Part shown: one piece after another, positions 1-7,672 of the stretch
Layout: each line of letters starts with the position of its first letter
Numbering within the stretch: the first letter of the stretch is position 1
IMG/VR virus record: IMGVR_UViG_2703718840_000012
Length of the DNA: 14,266 nucleotides
Direction: 5' to 3' (one strand)
Origin: a virus
Taxonomy: Duplodnaviria > Heunggongvirae > Uroviricota > Caudoviricetes
Translations under genes and position numbers: made by a program
The notes under the pieces: generated by a model
Told to the model about the DNA's origin: nothing
Databases searched by the model: none
What the model saw: only the letters and a program-made list of their open reading frames with translations

Positions 1-93
1 GCGGAGTTATCCCGCGTAGAGATAGTCGAGCTGCTCAGTCAGGAGTCGGAAAAATTTCACAATATCGGATTGTCTCGCGGGGAGGTGCTTTGA
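1..93 (+). CDS. 3' end of an upstream phage early ORF (partial; 30 codons open from window edge to TGA at 91-93)
   Basis: Frame 1 is open from position 1 to a TGA at 91-93 that overlaps the next gene's ATG (93-95) by one base, as is typical of the packed P2 early operon. Not in the ORF track because it has no start codon in the window. Confidence 0.35.
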
Positions 94-392
94 TGTCCTG
101 TTCTCATTCAGTTGTATTACTGAATAACGCCTTAAAAATCGCCGTTATGAAAAATGGCGATTTGTCTCTTATTCAACTTTGTCTTGATAAAGAAAAACGC
201 GACATCACTGAATCTGTTATCGCGATTTATCAGAATGAATTAAACCTCCTGTCTGATGTGGTCAATTTACTTGTTAAACGCGCTGTATTCCACAAGCAAA
301 TTTCCTCAGTGGATGAACTGACAAAATTAACGACAGAACTTGCCAGTTATTGCGCTGATGTATCCAGGAAACTTAACGATAAAAGGAGCTGA
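93..392 (+). CDS. hypothetical phage early-operon protein
   Basis: ORF-track 90..392; the ATG at 93 is preceded by GGAGG (81-85) at 7-nt spacing, and the TTG at 90 is likely an artefact. Stop at 390-392 sits 2 nt before the next RBS/ATG. Position matches the small-ORF block between B and A in P2. Confidence 0.6.
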   Translation: MSCSHSVVLLNNALKIAVMKNGDLSLIQLCLDKEKRDITESVIAIYQNELNLLSDVVNLLVKRAVFHKQISSVDELTKLTTELASYCADVSRKLNDKRS

Positions 393-394
393 TA

Positions 395-619
395 ATGCCG
401 GATAACGTAGATTTTATTCAGGAACAACAGGCTGAATTACTGGAGCGCCAGATTAACGCGGCAAGGGTAAAACATTGCGGTGCTTCTGCGCTGGTTTGCG
501 AAGAGTGTGACGCGCCAATACCTGCTGCCCGTCGTGCGGCTTATCCGTCAGCCACGCGTTGTGTTTCCTGTCAGTCAGTCTTTGAAGCAAAAAACAAACA
601 TTACCGGAGAACGGCATGA
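395..619 (+). CDS. TraR/DksA-family C4-type zinc-finger protein
   Basis: Translation contains two CxxC pairs (CEEC ... CVSC) with the spacing of TraR/DksA C4 zinc fingers. AGGAG at 384-388 is 6 nt upstream of the ATG; the stop overlaps the next ATG (ATGA at 616-619). Confidence 0.8.
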   Translation: MPDNVDFIQEQQAELLERQINAARVKHCGASALVCEECDAPIPAARRAAYPSATRCVSCQSVFEAKNKHYRRTA

Positions 620-891
620 GTATTCGTATTGAAATTGGCGAACGTTATGTCGTTACCAGTGACAGCTTTCAGTTTATTCTCCACGAGAAAAAGAGAGCGG
701 AAAGCGGTAAAAACGCCGGTCAGGAATGGCTGTCGGTGGTTGGTTATTACCCGAAATTAAGCCAGCTCGTTTCCGGCCTGATGCATCACGATATTCTGAC
801 CGGAAGCGCAAAGTCTTTTGCTGATTTAAACGTGCAGGTTGAGCAACTCAGCAAGCGTTGTTCAGAGGCTTTTGGCTCATATGGCCGTTAA
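616..891 (+). CDS. hypothetical phage early-operon protein
   Basis: ATG at 616 with GGAGA at 604-608; the 3' end overlaps the gpA start at 881. Compact, overlapping organisation typical of a phage operon. Confidence 0.6.
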   Translation: MSIRIEIGERYVVTSDSFQFILHEKKRAESGKNAGQEWLSVVGYYPKLSQLVSGLMHHDILTGSAKSFADLNVQVEQLSKRCSEAFGSYGR

Positions 892-3157
892 AGCCTCCGG
901 GCGTTTTGTCCCTCCGTCAGCATTTGCCGCAGGCACCGGTAAGGCGTTTACCGGTGCTTATGCATGGAACGCGCCACGCGAGGCTGTCGGGCGCGAAAGA
1001 CCCCTTACACGTGACGAGATGCGTCAGGTGCAAGGTGTTTTATCCACGATTAACCGCCTGCCTTACTTTTTGCGCTCGCTGTTTACGTCACGCTATGACT
1101 ACATCCGGCGCAATAAAAGCCCGGTGCACGGGTTTTATTTTCTCACATCCACTTTTCAGCGTCGTTTATGGCCGCGCATTGAGCGTGTGAATCAGCGCCA
1201 TGAAATGAACACCGACGCGTCGTTGCTGTTTCTGGCAGAGCGTGACCATTATGCGCGTCTGCCGGGGATGAATGACAAGGAGCTGAAAAAGTTTGCCGCC
1301 CGTATCTCATCGCAGCTTTTCATGATGTATGAGGAACTCTGCGATGCCTGGGTGGATGCGCATGGCGAAAAAGAATCGCTGTTTACGGATGAGGCGCAGG
1401 CTCACCTCTATGGTCATGTTGCTGGTGCTGCACGTGCTTTCAATATTTCCCCGCTCTACTGGAAAAAATACCGTAAAGGGCAGATGACCAAGAGGCAGGC
1501 ATATTCTGCCATTGCCCGTCTGTTTAACGATGAGTGGTGGACCCATCAGCTTAAAGGCCAGCGTATGCGCTGGCATGAGGCGTTACTGATTGCTGTCGGG
1601 GAGGTCAATAAAGACCGTTCTCCTTATGCCAGTAAACATGCCATTCGTGATGTGCGTGCACGCCGCCAGGCAAATCTGGAATTTCTTAAATCGTGTGATC
1701 TCGAAAACAGGGAAACCGGCGAGCGCATCGACCTTATCAGTAAGGTGATGGGCAGTATTTCTAATCCTGAAATTCGCCGGATGGAGCTGATGAACACCAT
1801 TGCCGGTATTGAGCGTTACGCCGCAGCAGAGGGTGATGTGGGGATGTTTATCACGCTGACCGCGCCGTCAAAGTATCACCCGACACGTCAGGTCAGAAAA
1901 GGCGAAAGTAAAACCGTCCAGCTAAATCACGGCTGGAACGATGAGGCATTTAATCCAAAGGATGCGCAGCGTTATCTCTGCCGTATCTGGAGCCTGATGC
2001 GCACGGCATTCAAGGATAATGATTTACAGGTCTACGGTTTGCGTGTCGTCGAGCCACACCACGACGGAACGCCGCACTGGCATATGATGCTTTTTTGTAA
2101 TCCGCGCCAGCGTAACCAGATTATCGAAATCATGCGTCGCTATGCGCTCAAAGAGGATGGCGATGAAAGAGGAGCCGCGCGAAACCGTTTTCAGGCAAAA
2201 CACCTTAACCGGGGCGGTGCTGCGGGGTATATCGCGAAATACATCTCAAAAAACATCGACGGCTATGCACTGGATGGTCAGCTCGATAACGATACCGGCA
2301 GGCCGCTGAAAGACACTGCTGCGGCTGTTACCGCATGGGCGTCAACGTGGCGCATCCCGCAATTTAAAACGGTTGGTCTGCCAACAATGGGGGCTTACCG
2401 TGAACTACGCAAATTGCCGCGCGGCGTCAGCATTGCTGATGAGTTTGACGAGCGCGTCGAGGCTGCACGCGCCGCCGCAGACAGTGGTGATTTTGCGTTG
2501 TATATCAGCGCGCAGGGTGGGGCAAATGTCCCGCGCGATTGTCAGACTGTCAGAGTCGCCCGTAGCCCGTCGGATGACGTTAACGAGTACGAGGAAGAGG
2601 TCGAGAGGGTGGTCGGCATTTACGCGCCGCATCTCGGCGCGCGTCATATTCATATCACCAGAACGACGGACTGGCGCATTGTGCCGAAAGTTCCGGTCGT
2701 TGAGCCTTTGACTTTAAAAAGCGGCATCGCCGCGCCTCGGAGTCCTGTCAATAACTGTGGAAAGCTCACCGGTGGTGATACTTCGTTACCGGCTCCCACA
2801 CCTTCTGAGCACGCCGCAGCAGTGCTTAATCTGGTAGATGACGGTGTTATCGAATGGAATGACCAGGAGGTCGTGAGGGCGCTCAGAGGTGCATTAAAAC
2901 ACGGTCTGAGAAGACCAAACCGTCAGCAAAGAAACGGAAGCCCGTTAAAACCGCATGAAATAGCGCCATCGGCCAGACTGACCCGGTCGGAACGAATGCA
3001 AATTACCCGTATCCGCGTTGACCTTGCTCAGAACGGTATCAGGCCACAGCGATGGGAGCTTGAGGCGCTGGCGCGTGGCGCGACCGTAAATTATGACGGG
3101 GAAAAATTCACGTATCCGGTCGCTGATGAGTGGCCGGGATTCTCAACAAACATATAA
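881..3157 (+). CDS. A: P2-type replication initiation endonuclease gpA (rolling-circle initiator)
   Basis: ORF-track 839..3157 starts at a TTG; the ATG at 881 gives MAVKASGRFVPPSAFAAGTGK..., which I recognise as the P2 gpA N-terminus. Length (~758 aa) fits gpA and it contains the HWHMMLF block. Recognition is from memory, not a search. Confidence 0.9.
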   Translation: MAVKASGRFVPPSAFAAGTGKAFTGAYAWNAPREAVGRERPLTRDEMRQVQGVLSTINRLPYFLRSLFTSRYDYIRRNKSPVHGFYFLTSTFQRRLWPRIERVNQRHEMNTDASLLFLAERDHYARLPGMNDKELKKFAARISSQLFMMYEELCDAWVDAHGEKESLFTDEAQAHLYGHVAGAARAFNISPLYWKKYRKGQMTKRQAYSAIARLFNDEWWTHQLKGQRMRWHEALLIAVGEVNKDRSPYASKHAIRDVRARRQANLEFLKSCDLENRETGERIDLISKVMGSISNPEIRRMELMNTIAGIERYAAAEGDVGMFITLTAPSKYHPTRQVRKGESKTVQLNHGWNDEAFNPKDAQRYLCRIWSLMRTAFKDNDLQVYGLRVVEPHHDGTPHWHMMLFCNPRQRNQIIEIMRRYALKEDGDERGAARNRFQAKHLNRGGAAGYIAKYISKNIDGYALDGQLDNDTGRPLKDTAAAVTAWASTWRIPQFKTVGLPTMGAYRELRKLPRGVSIADEFDERVEAARAAADSGDFALYISAQGGANVPRDCQTVRVARSPSDDVNEYEEEVERVVGIYAPHLGARHIHITRTTDWRIVPKVPVVEPLTLKSGIAAPRSPVNNCGKLTGGDTSLPAPTPSEHAAAVLNLVDDGVIEWNDQEVVRALRGALKHGLRRPNRQQRNGSPLKPHEIAPSARLTRSERMQITRIRVDLAQNGIRPQRWELEALARGATVNYDGEKFTYPVADEWPGFSTNI

Positions 3158-3218
3158 AAATGATTGAAATGGTTGATTTTGCTTCCACTTGATGGTTGGT
3201 ATCAGCAACTGATGGATC

Positions 3219-3479
3219 ATGCGGAACTGCGTGGCGATCTTGCTTTGGAAGCATGTCATTATGACTAATGCATACATTACTAGCTATGCGTCCGGTTCCG
3301 CCATTGTACTCGTGCAAGAGTCTGCGGCTGATGGCTATTGTTTACAAATTATGGTCAAAGAGAATCTGACCCTCTACGAGTTGGTCGGAGGGACTGAGAT
3401 CGTCAGTGATAACTGCAGCCGTATGGGAGAAATCAATAATCCCAACCGTCCATATTTCTACCTTCACGCGTGCCCATAA
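3219..3479 (+). CDS. hypothetical small protein downstream of A (orf91-like position); start may be ATG 3261
   Basis: ORF-track ORF; no strong RBS at either candidate start. Composition is intermediate between the backbone and the AT-rich cargo. Confidence 0.3.
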   Translation: MRNCVAILLWKHVIMTNAYITSYASGSAIVLVQESAADGYCLQIMVKENLTLYELVGGTEIVSDNCSRMGEINNPNRPYFYLHACP

Positions 3480-3644
3480 TCTGTCACCACGTTGACCATA
3501 GAAAACCCCGTCGACGCTGAAACTCGCTTTCAGTGCTGGCGGGGGTGAACAACGAGCTTGCGAGGCGTTAGGGATGTCGAAATTTCATATGACTGTTCGC
3601 TTTAATGCTTAACGAAGTCATGTTGAGTTAATAACATTTTTTCG

Positions 3645-5189
3645 TTAAGCGCTGTGTTCCTTGTCGAATAAGTTCACTTCTTCTGGTGTAATATCATTAT
3701 CCATTTCTTCGAATGCATCTAAATCCACAATTTTTGTTTTTTTCAAAATTGATAGTATTTTCTGTTTGTTTTTACTTTTGGCTGAACCCGGAATCCACTC
3801 TACATCCCACAGGCCATCAATGGTAAATGTTTTTTTTCCCTTGAGTTCATCATTTATGCGTTGACATAGGGCTGTTTTGTAATCGCCTTCCCATTGTGTG
3901 TGTATCTTCCCTTGAACTCGTTGAAACCAAATATCTAACATTTCAGTATTTGGTTGTTTACCTAGTTTACAATGAAGTTGTTGTAACTTGCCAAATTTGA
4001 GTTCATCGTCGTCATAAAGGAAGGTCAAGAGTTTTGCGAAAATAGCCATTCCCACTGGGTAGGTGGTTGGGTTTTTAGCCATGATGCTTGAAATAATTCC
4101 AAGCATTGCATCTAGTTGATGCCCACTATTTGTGATCTTTTTCTTCCTAAATAATTTTCGCAAGAAATCATTTAAATATCTAACTGTAATTTTGGAGTTT
4201 TGATGTTTTAAAGAAAATAAATATATTGCATACAACATTTTCTGTAGGGAGTTGAACGACTTTTCTATAATATATTCTTTTTTTGCTGATTTAAGGGAGT
4301 GAAGAATGATGTCGTCATGTAGTTCTGTTTTTCTTGAGTTTAAATCAAGCCCAAACTCACCTAAGACCTCAACCAAACACTTTGAGATTTTGTCCAAATC
4401 ATCTTTACTGCTTGAAAATATTCGATAATCATCTCTGTAGCGAACTACTTTGTAATCCGTTATTTTTTGCTCTTCAGTTTTTTTTCTTAGCTGTAAATCA
4501 ATTTCGCCTAAAATTAATTCGGCAAATGTATCCATCAACGTACTACCCAATGGTATTCCGTTTGTCTGATTACTCATCATCATCTGGATATGAGTGTCAA
4601 TCAATCGTCCTGGGTTATTGTTATTTTCTTTCTTTTTGGCCTCTTCTTTTGAGATGAATACCCATTCAAAGCTATGAGTGTAAATAGAAGGGTAGAAGTT
4701 TGAAATATCTGTGCTGAACATGAACTCATACTCAAGAGCCAATGAAAGACTTTTTTGTTCAAAATCTTCCCACCAGTTTAAAACAGATGCAGCTACGTTT
4801 GAGGTGTTCTTTTTGCTCACTGGGGTACTTGAGCATAAAAAAAGATCATTAGACTCAAACTCTCTAAATTTATTCTTTATAGCCTTCCAGTTGGAAGGGG
4901 ATGTAATAAGTTTACAAAAATACACGTAGTATAGAGGATTAATTAGTGTTATTCGTCGCCAGCTATATAAGCCATCTTTGCTGACTAAAACCTCGTAATT
5001 TATATTCTTCCCCATCAATGACTTGGAGTCAGGTTGGAAGTTGATTTTACCTTCATCTATCGCGGAGTTGATTTCTTCAAGCAAGGAAGAAAAATCGACA
5101 TAACTGGGTAGCTCCAGAGTAGTGTATGAATCATGCTGCAGAAAATACTTAAGCGCTCTACCAGTAGTTAATTCATAAATCTTTTTCAT
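3645..5189 (-). CDS. reverse transcriptase, Abi/UG-like single-gene type with ~220-aa C-terminal extension
   Basis: Translation shows RT motifs in order: SWRRITLINP (motif 2), FSTDISNFYPSI (motif A, catalytic D), NGIPLGSTLMDTFAELIL (motif B), VVRYRDDYRIF (YxDD motif C), GLDLNSRKT (motif D/E). ATG at 5189 (MKKIYELT...) is preferred; the ORF-track start at 5315 is a TTG and the extension reads as Cys/His-rich junk running into the cos flank. Same position and orientation as old in P2. Confidence 0.8.
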   Translation of the reverse strand: MKKIYELTTGRALKYFLQHDSYTTLELPSYVDFSSLLEEINSAIDEGKINFQPDSKSLMGKNINYEVLVSKDGLYSWRRITLINPLYYVYFCKLITSPSNWKAIKNKFREFESNDLFLCSSTPVSKKNTSNVAASVLNWWEDFEQKSLSLALEYEFMFSTDISNFYPSIYTHSFEWVFISKEEAKKKENNNNPGRLIDTHIQMMMSNQTNGIPLGSTLMDTFAELILGEIDLQLRKKTEEQKITDYKVVRYRDDYRIFSSSKDDLDKISKCLVEVLGEFGLDLNSRKTELHDDIILHSLKSAKKEYIIEKSFNSLQKMLYAIYLFSLKHQNSKITVRYLNDFLRKLFRKKKITNSGHQLDAMLGIISSIMAKNPTTYPVGMAIFAKLLTFLYDDDELKFGKLQQLHCKLGKQPNTEMLDIWFQRVQGKIHTQWEGDYKTALCQRINDELKGKKTFTIDGLWDVEWIPGSAKSKNKQKILSILKKTKIVDLDAFEEMDNDITPEEVNLFDKEHSA

Positions 5190-5395
5190 AATTAGTGATT
5201 TCTTCTTAAGTTGCGCACAAATAACTACCTGTTTTCTATCATGATAACGATGCGAATGCGAGCAATTCAGGAAGTGCATTACTCTGCATCGAAGCGCACG
5301 CAAGTCAGAGAACAATAACTGCCTGGCGACATCAGGACTGGCGCGCTAGTTGAGTGGTCATGCAACTGCATTAAAACCGCCCCATGAAGCGGGCG

Positions 5396-5414
5396 GGCGA
5401 GGCGGGGAAAGCAC
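5396..5414. other. P2-type cos site (19-nt cohesive-end sequence GGCGAGGCGGGGAAAGCAC)
   Basis: Exact 19-nt string ggcgaggcggggaaagcac inside a GC-rich island between the two AT-rich RT genes. It matches the P2/186 cohesive-end sequence as I recall it, and sits where cos is expected, between the old-slot gene and Q. Confidence 0.65.
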
Positions 5415-5452
5415 TGCGCGCTAAACGATGTCGCTGGCTTGCAGTTACCCGG

Positions 5453-5481
5453 TTGAAATTCTTATTTTTTTGTTGCATTAT
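5453..5481 (+). promoter_or_regulatory. candidate sigma70 promoter for the RT2 leader/operon (TTGAAA-17 nt-CATTAT)
   Basis: -35 ttgaaa at 5453-5458, 17-nt spacer, -10 cattat at 5476-5481, immediately right of cos and about 250 nt upstream of the RT2 start. Sequence-only call. Confidence 0.25.
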
Positions 5482-5527
5482 TCTTAGCGCACCAGCGATT
5501 CGCTTGGTATGCGGCAGTCAACAACAT

Positions 5528-5722
5528 TAAATTGTCAGTTTTTGCTTTTACAAAAAAGCGTCCACTATGGACCTATCAGCGAGGCCCCACCGTCGTCAAC
5601 TACGATGGTGCCGTAGCCGACGACATTACGTACGGTCGAAAGATAGCAGAGGCTGTTGCTGACAATTGTTGATGTAAGCATCTCTGCTGTTCCACCCTTG
5701 AGTATGGGAAGACCGTACGTAA
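5528..5722 (+). ncRNA. candidate structured leader / retron-like ncRNA (msr-msd-like) upstream of RT2
   Basis: Nested and crossing inverted repeats: 9-bp aattgtcag (5530-5538) vs ctgacaatt (5659-5667), extendable to ~14 bp with a bulge; a two-tier hairpin at 5591-5622; a perfect 12-bp repeat ttacgtacggtc (5626-5637) vs gaccgtacgtaa (5711-5722) ending 18 nt before the RT2 ATG. Architecture is ncRNA -> RT -> effector as in retrons. Boundaries are approximate. Confidence 0.3.
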
Positions 5723-5739
5723 CTTTGAATTTGAATGGT

Positions 5740-6930
5740 ATGTTTATGGATAAATTTAAACCATACAGCAAATCCAATGCTCCTATCACAACACTTGAAA
5801 AGTTGTCAAAGGCTTTATCGATTTCTGTTGAAGAGCTTAAAGCTATTGCAGAATTACCATTAGATGAGAAATATACTCTAAAAGAAATTCCCAAAATTGA
5901 CGGAAGCAAACGGATTGTCTACTCCCTGCATCCTAAAATGAGATTATTACAGAGTAGAATTAATAAACGTATCTTTAAGGAATTGGTTGTTTTTCCTTCA
6001 TTTTTGTTTGGTTCAGTTCCCAGTAAAAATGATGTTTTAAATTCTAATGTCAAACGTGACTATGTTTCATGTGCAAAGGCTCATTGTGGAGCAAAAACAG
6101 TTCTCAAGGTGGATATAAGTAATTTTTTCGATAATATCCATAGAGATCTGGTTAGGAGCGTGTTTGAGGAGATATTGCATATTAAGGATGAGGCTCTTGA
6201 ATACTTGGTGGAAATATGTACTAAGGATGATTTTGTCGTACAGGGGGCCTTAACATCAAGCTATATAGCAACTTTGTGTTTATTCGCTGTTGAAGGGGAT
6301 GTGGTAAGACGTGCGCAGAGGAAAGGACTTGTTTATACGCGTTTGGTAGATGATATTACCGTGTCATCTAAAATAAGTAATTATGATTTTTCTCAAATGC
6401 AAAGCCATATAGAGAGGATGCTTTCTGAGCATGACTTGCCGATAAATAAGCGCAAAACTAAAATATTTCACTGTTCATCTGAACCTATAAAAGTACATGG
6501 TTTAAGAGTTGACTATGACTCACCTCGACTACCATCCGATGAAGTCAAAAGAATCAGGGCATCTATACATAATTTGAAATTACTGGCGGCAAAAAATAAC
6601 ACAAAAACAAGTGTTGCATACAGAAAAGAATTCAATAGATGTATGGGGAGAGTGAATAAGCTTGGCCGTGTTGCGCATGAAAAATATGAATCATTCAAGA
6701 AACAGTTGCAGGCAATAAAACCGATGCCATCTAAAAGAGATGTTGCTGTGATTGATGCAGCTATAAAAAGTTTAGAGTTGTCGTATTCGAAAGGTAATCA
6801 AAATAAACATTGGTATAAAAGAAAATATGATTTGACGAGATATAAGATGATTATTCTTACTCGCTCTGAATCATTTAAAGAAAAACTGGAGTGTTTTAAA
6901 TCTAGATTGGCATCTTTAAAACCATTATGA
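5740..6930 (+). CDS. retron-type reverse transcriptase (divergent catalytic motifs)
   Basis: Translation shows YTLKEIPKIDGSKRIVYSLHP (motifs 1-2), HCGAKTVLKVDISNFFDNI (motif A), VVQGALTSSYIATL (motif B), YTRLVDDI (motif C, both Asp present), INKRKTKI, then VHGLRVDY...VKRIRASIHNL, resembling the retron RT VTG/thumb region. Start is ambiguous among ATG 5704, 5740 and 5746, none with a strong SD; the ORF-track start 5656 is a TTG. Confidence 0.85.
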   Translation: MFMDKFKPYSKSNAPITTLEKLSKALSISVEELKAIAELPLDEKYTLKEIPKIDGSKRIVYSLHPKMRLLQSRINKRIFKELVVFPSFLFGSVPSKNDVLNSNVKRDYVSCAKAHCGAKTVLKVDISNFFDNIHRDLVRSVFEEILHIKDEALEYLVEICTKDDFVVQGALTSSYIATLCLFAVEGDVVRRAQRKGLVYTRLVDDITVSSKISNYDFSQMQSHIERMLSEHDLPINKRKTKIFHCSSEPIKVHGLRVDYDSPRLPSDEVKRIRASIHNLKLLAAKNNTKTSVAYRKEFNRCMGRVNKLGRVAHEKYESFKKQLQAIKPMPSKRDVAVIDAAIKSLELSYSKGNQNKHWYKRKYDLTRYKMIILTRSESFKEKLECFKSRLASLKPL

Positions 6931-7634
6931 ATGCAAATATTAGACTTCTCAAATATATTGTCGGTGTGTCGTCAGCTCTTTTTTTGATTTTTTCGCTAAT
7001 TTCTCTTTTTGAAACTATTCAGAATGAAAAGCTATATGAGCGTGATATATGCTTCGATAGCCAGTGCTTAAAATTTTTTGCGGAAAAAACATCTGGTATA
7101 GTAATGTATTTTCAGGCGTTTGGATGGCTTATAACAACTTTTGTTACCGTTTTTGGTGTTATGATTGCTTTGATGACATATAACGCTGGAGTTAAAAATA
7201 ATAATAATAGTAATTACACTAGTCATCTGACGATGTTTAGAGAATTTGCAAGTGCTGAGTTAACTAAAAGAAGTAGCATCTATCCAGAGAAAGTTAATTT
7301 TTTTAGATGGTATAGGGTTATGTTCCCTGAAGCGCAAGGCGGTGATATATCTGTTTCGAGAGATTATCTAGAAATAATATCTAGAATCAAATGTGTTATT
7401 GAGGAAGCCAATGCACATATTACAGAGGAAAATAAAGACTATAAATATAAAACTCATCAGAGAAAAATGATGGCTGTTTTGGATGAAATCGGTATATCGA
7501 TTAGTAATGGGCCCAAAAATATTTTTATTGAGGTTGAGAGTCAAATTTTGGATTATATCGATACTATTAATTTGTCATTTTGTCACTCCTCATCAGTGAT
7601 AGAATTAAGTAGAGTAAAAAGGAAGTATATATAG
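6927..7634 (+). CDS. two-transmembrane-helix membrane protein with ~150-aa soluble C-terminal domain; candidate effector of the RT2 module
   Basis: ATG overlaps the RT2 stop (ATGA at 6927-6930), indicating translational coupling. Two hydrophobic stretches (YIVGVSSALFLIFSLISLF and IVMYFQAFGWLITTFVTVFGVMIALMTY) near the N-terminus; same AT-rich composition as RT2. Confidence 0.8.
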   Translation: MNANIRLLKYIVGVSSALFLIFSLISLFETIQNEKLYERDICFDSQCLKFFAEKTSGIVMYFQAFGWLITTFVTVFGVMIALMTYNAGVKNNNNSNYTSHLTMFREFASAELTKRSSIYPEKVNFFRWYRVMFPEAQGGDISVSRDYLEIISRIKCVIEEANAHITEENKDYKYKTHQRKMMAVLDEIGISISNGPKNIFIEVESQILDYIDTINLSFCHSSSVIELSRVKRKYI

Positions 7635-7636
7635 TT

Positions 7637-7672
7637 AAGTTGGCGGGATTGCATTCCGCCAACTTTATATAT
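7637..7672. terminator. GC-rich hairpin with T-rich tail between the cargo operon and the 3' end of Q; candidate bidirectional terminator
   Basis: aagttggcgg (7637-7646) pairs with ccgccaactt (7656-7665) around a 9-nt loop, followed by tttatatattt. Lies 3 nt after the 2TM stop and 5 nt before the Q stop on the other strand. Confidence 0.45.

Noticed and set aside
839-880. TTG start at 839 for gpA, and the overlapping alternative-frame ORF 858..1190
   Set aside because: The ATG at 881 reproduces the gpA N-terminus as I recall it, and 858..1190 is an out-of-frame overlap inside a confidently assigned gene.
3607-3650. 10-bp inverted repeat gcttaacgaa / ttcgttaagc at the 3' end of RT1 as a terminator
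   Set aside because: The loop is 24 nt and no U-run follows on either strand, so it is not a convincing intrinsic terminator. It may still be a weak structure or protein-binding site.
3661-4929. Plus-strand ORFs inside the RT1 gene (3661..3864, 4334..4657, 4711..4929)
   Set aside because: They are antisense to a gene with a clear RT motif series and have low-complexity translations; not counted as coding.
5190-5315. N-terminal extension of the RT1 ORF to position 5315
   Set aside because: The 5315 start is a TTG, the extension reads as Cys/His-rich nonsense and runs into the GC-rich cos flank. The ATG at 5189 begins a sensible N-terminus. ATG 5279 remains a less likely alternative.
5326-5434. 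8-bp inverted repeat gcgacatc / gatgtcgc bracketing the cos island
   Set aside because: An 8-bp match is expected by chance in a region of this size. It could be part of terminase recognition but cannot be separated from coincidence without alignment.
5656-5739. Upstream TTG start (5656) for RT2
   Set aside because: It is a non-ATG start with no RBS, and the extension overlaps the leader hairpins and inverted repeats. ATG 5704 is not fully excluded.
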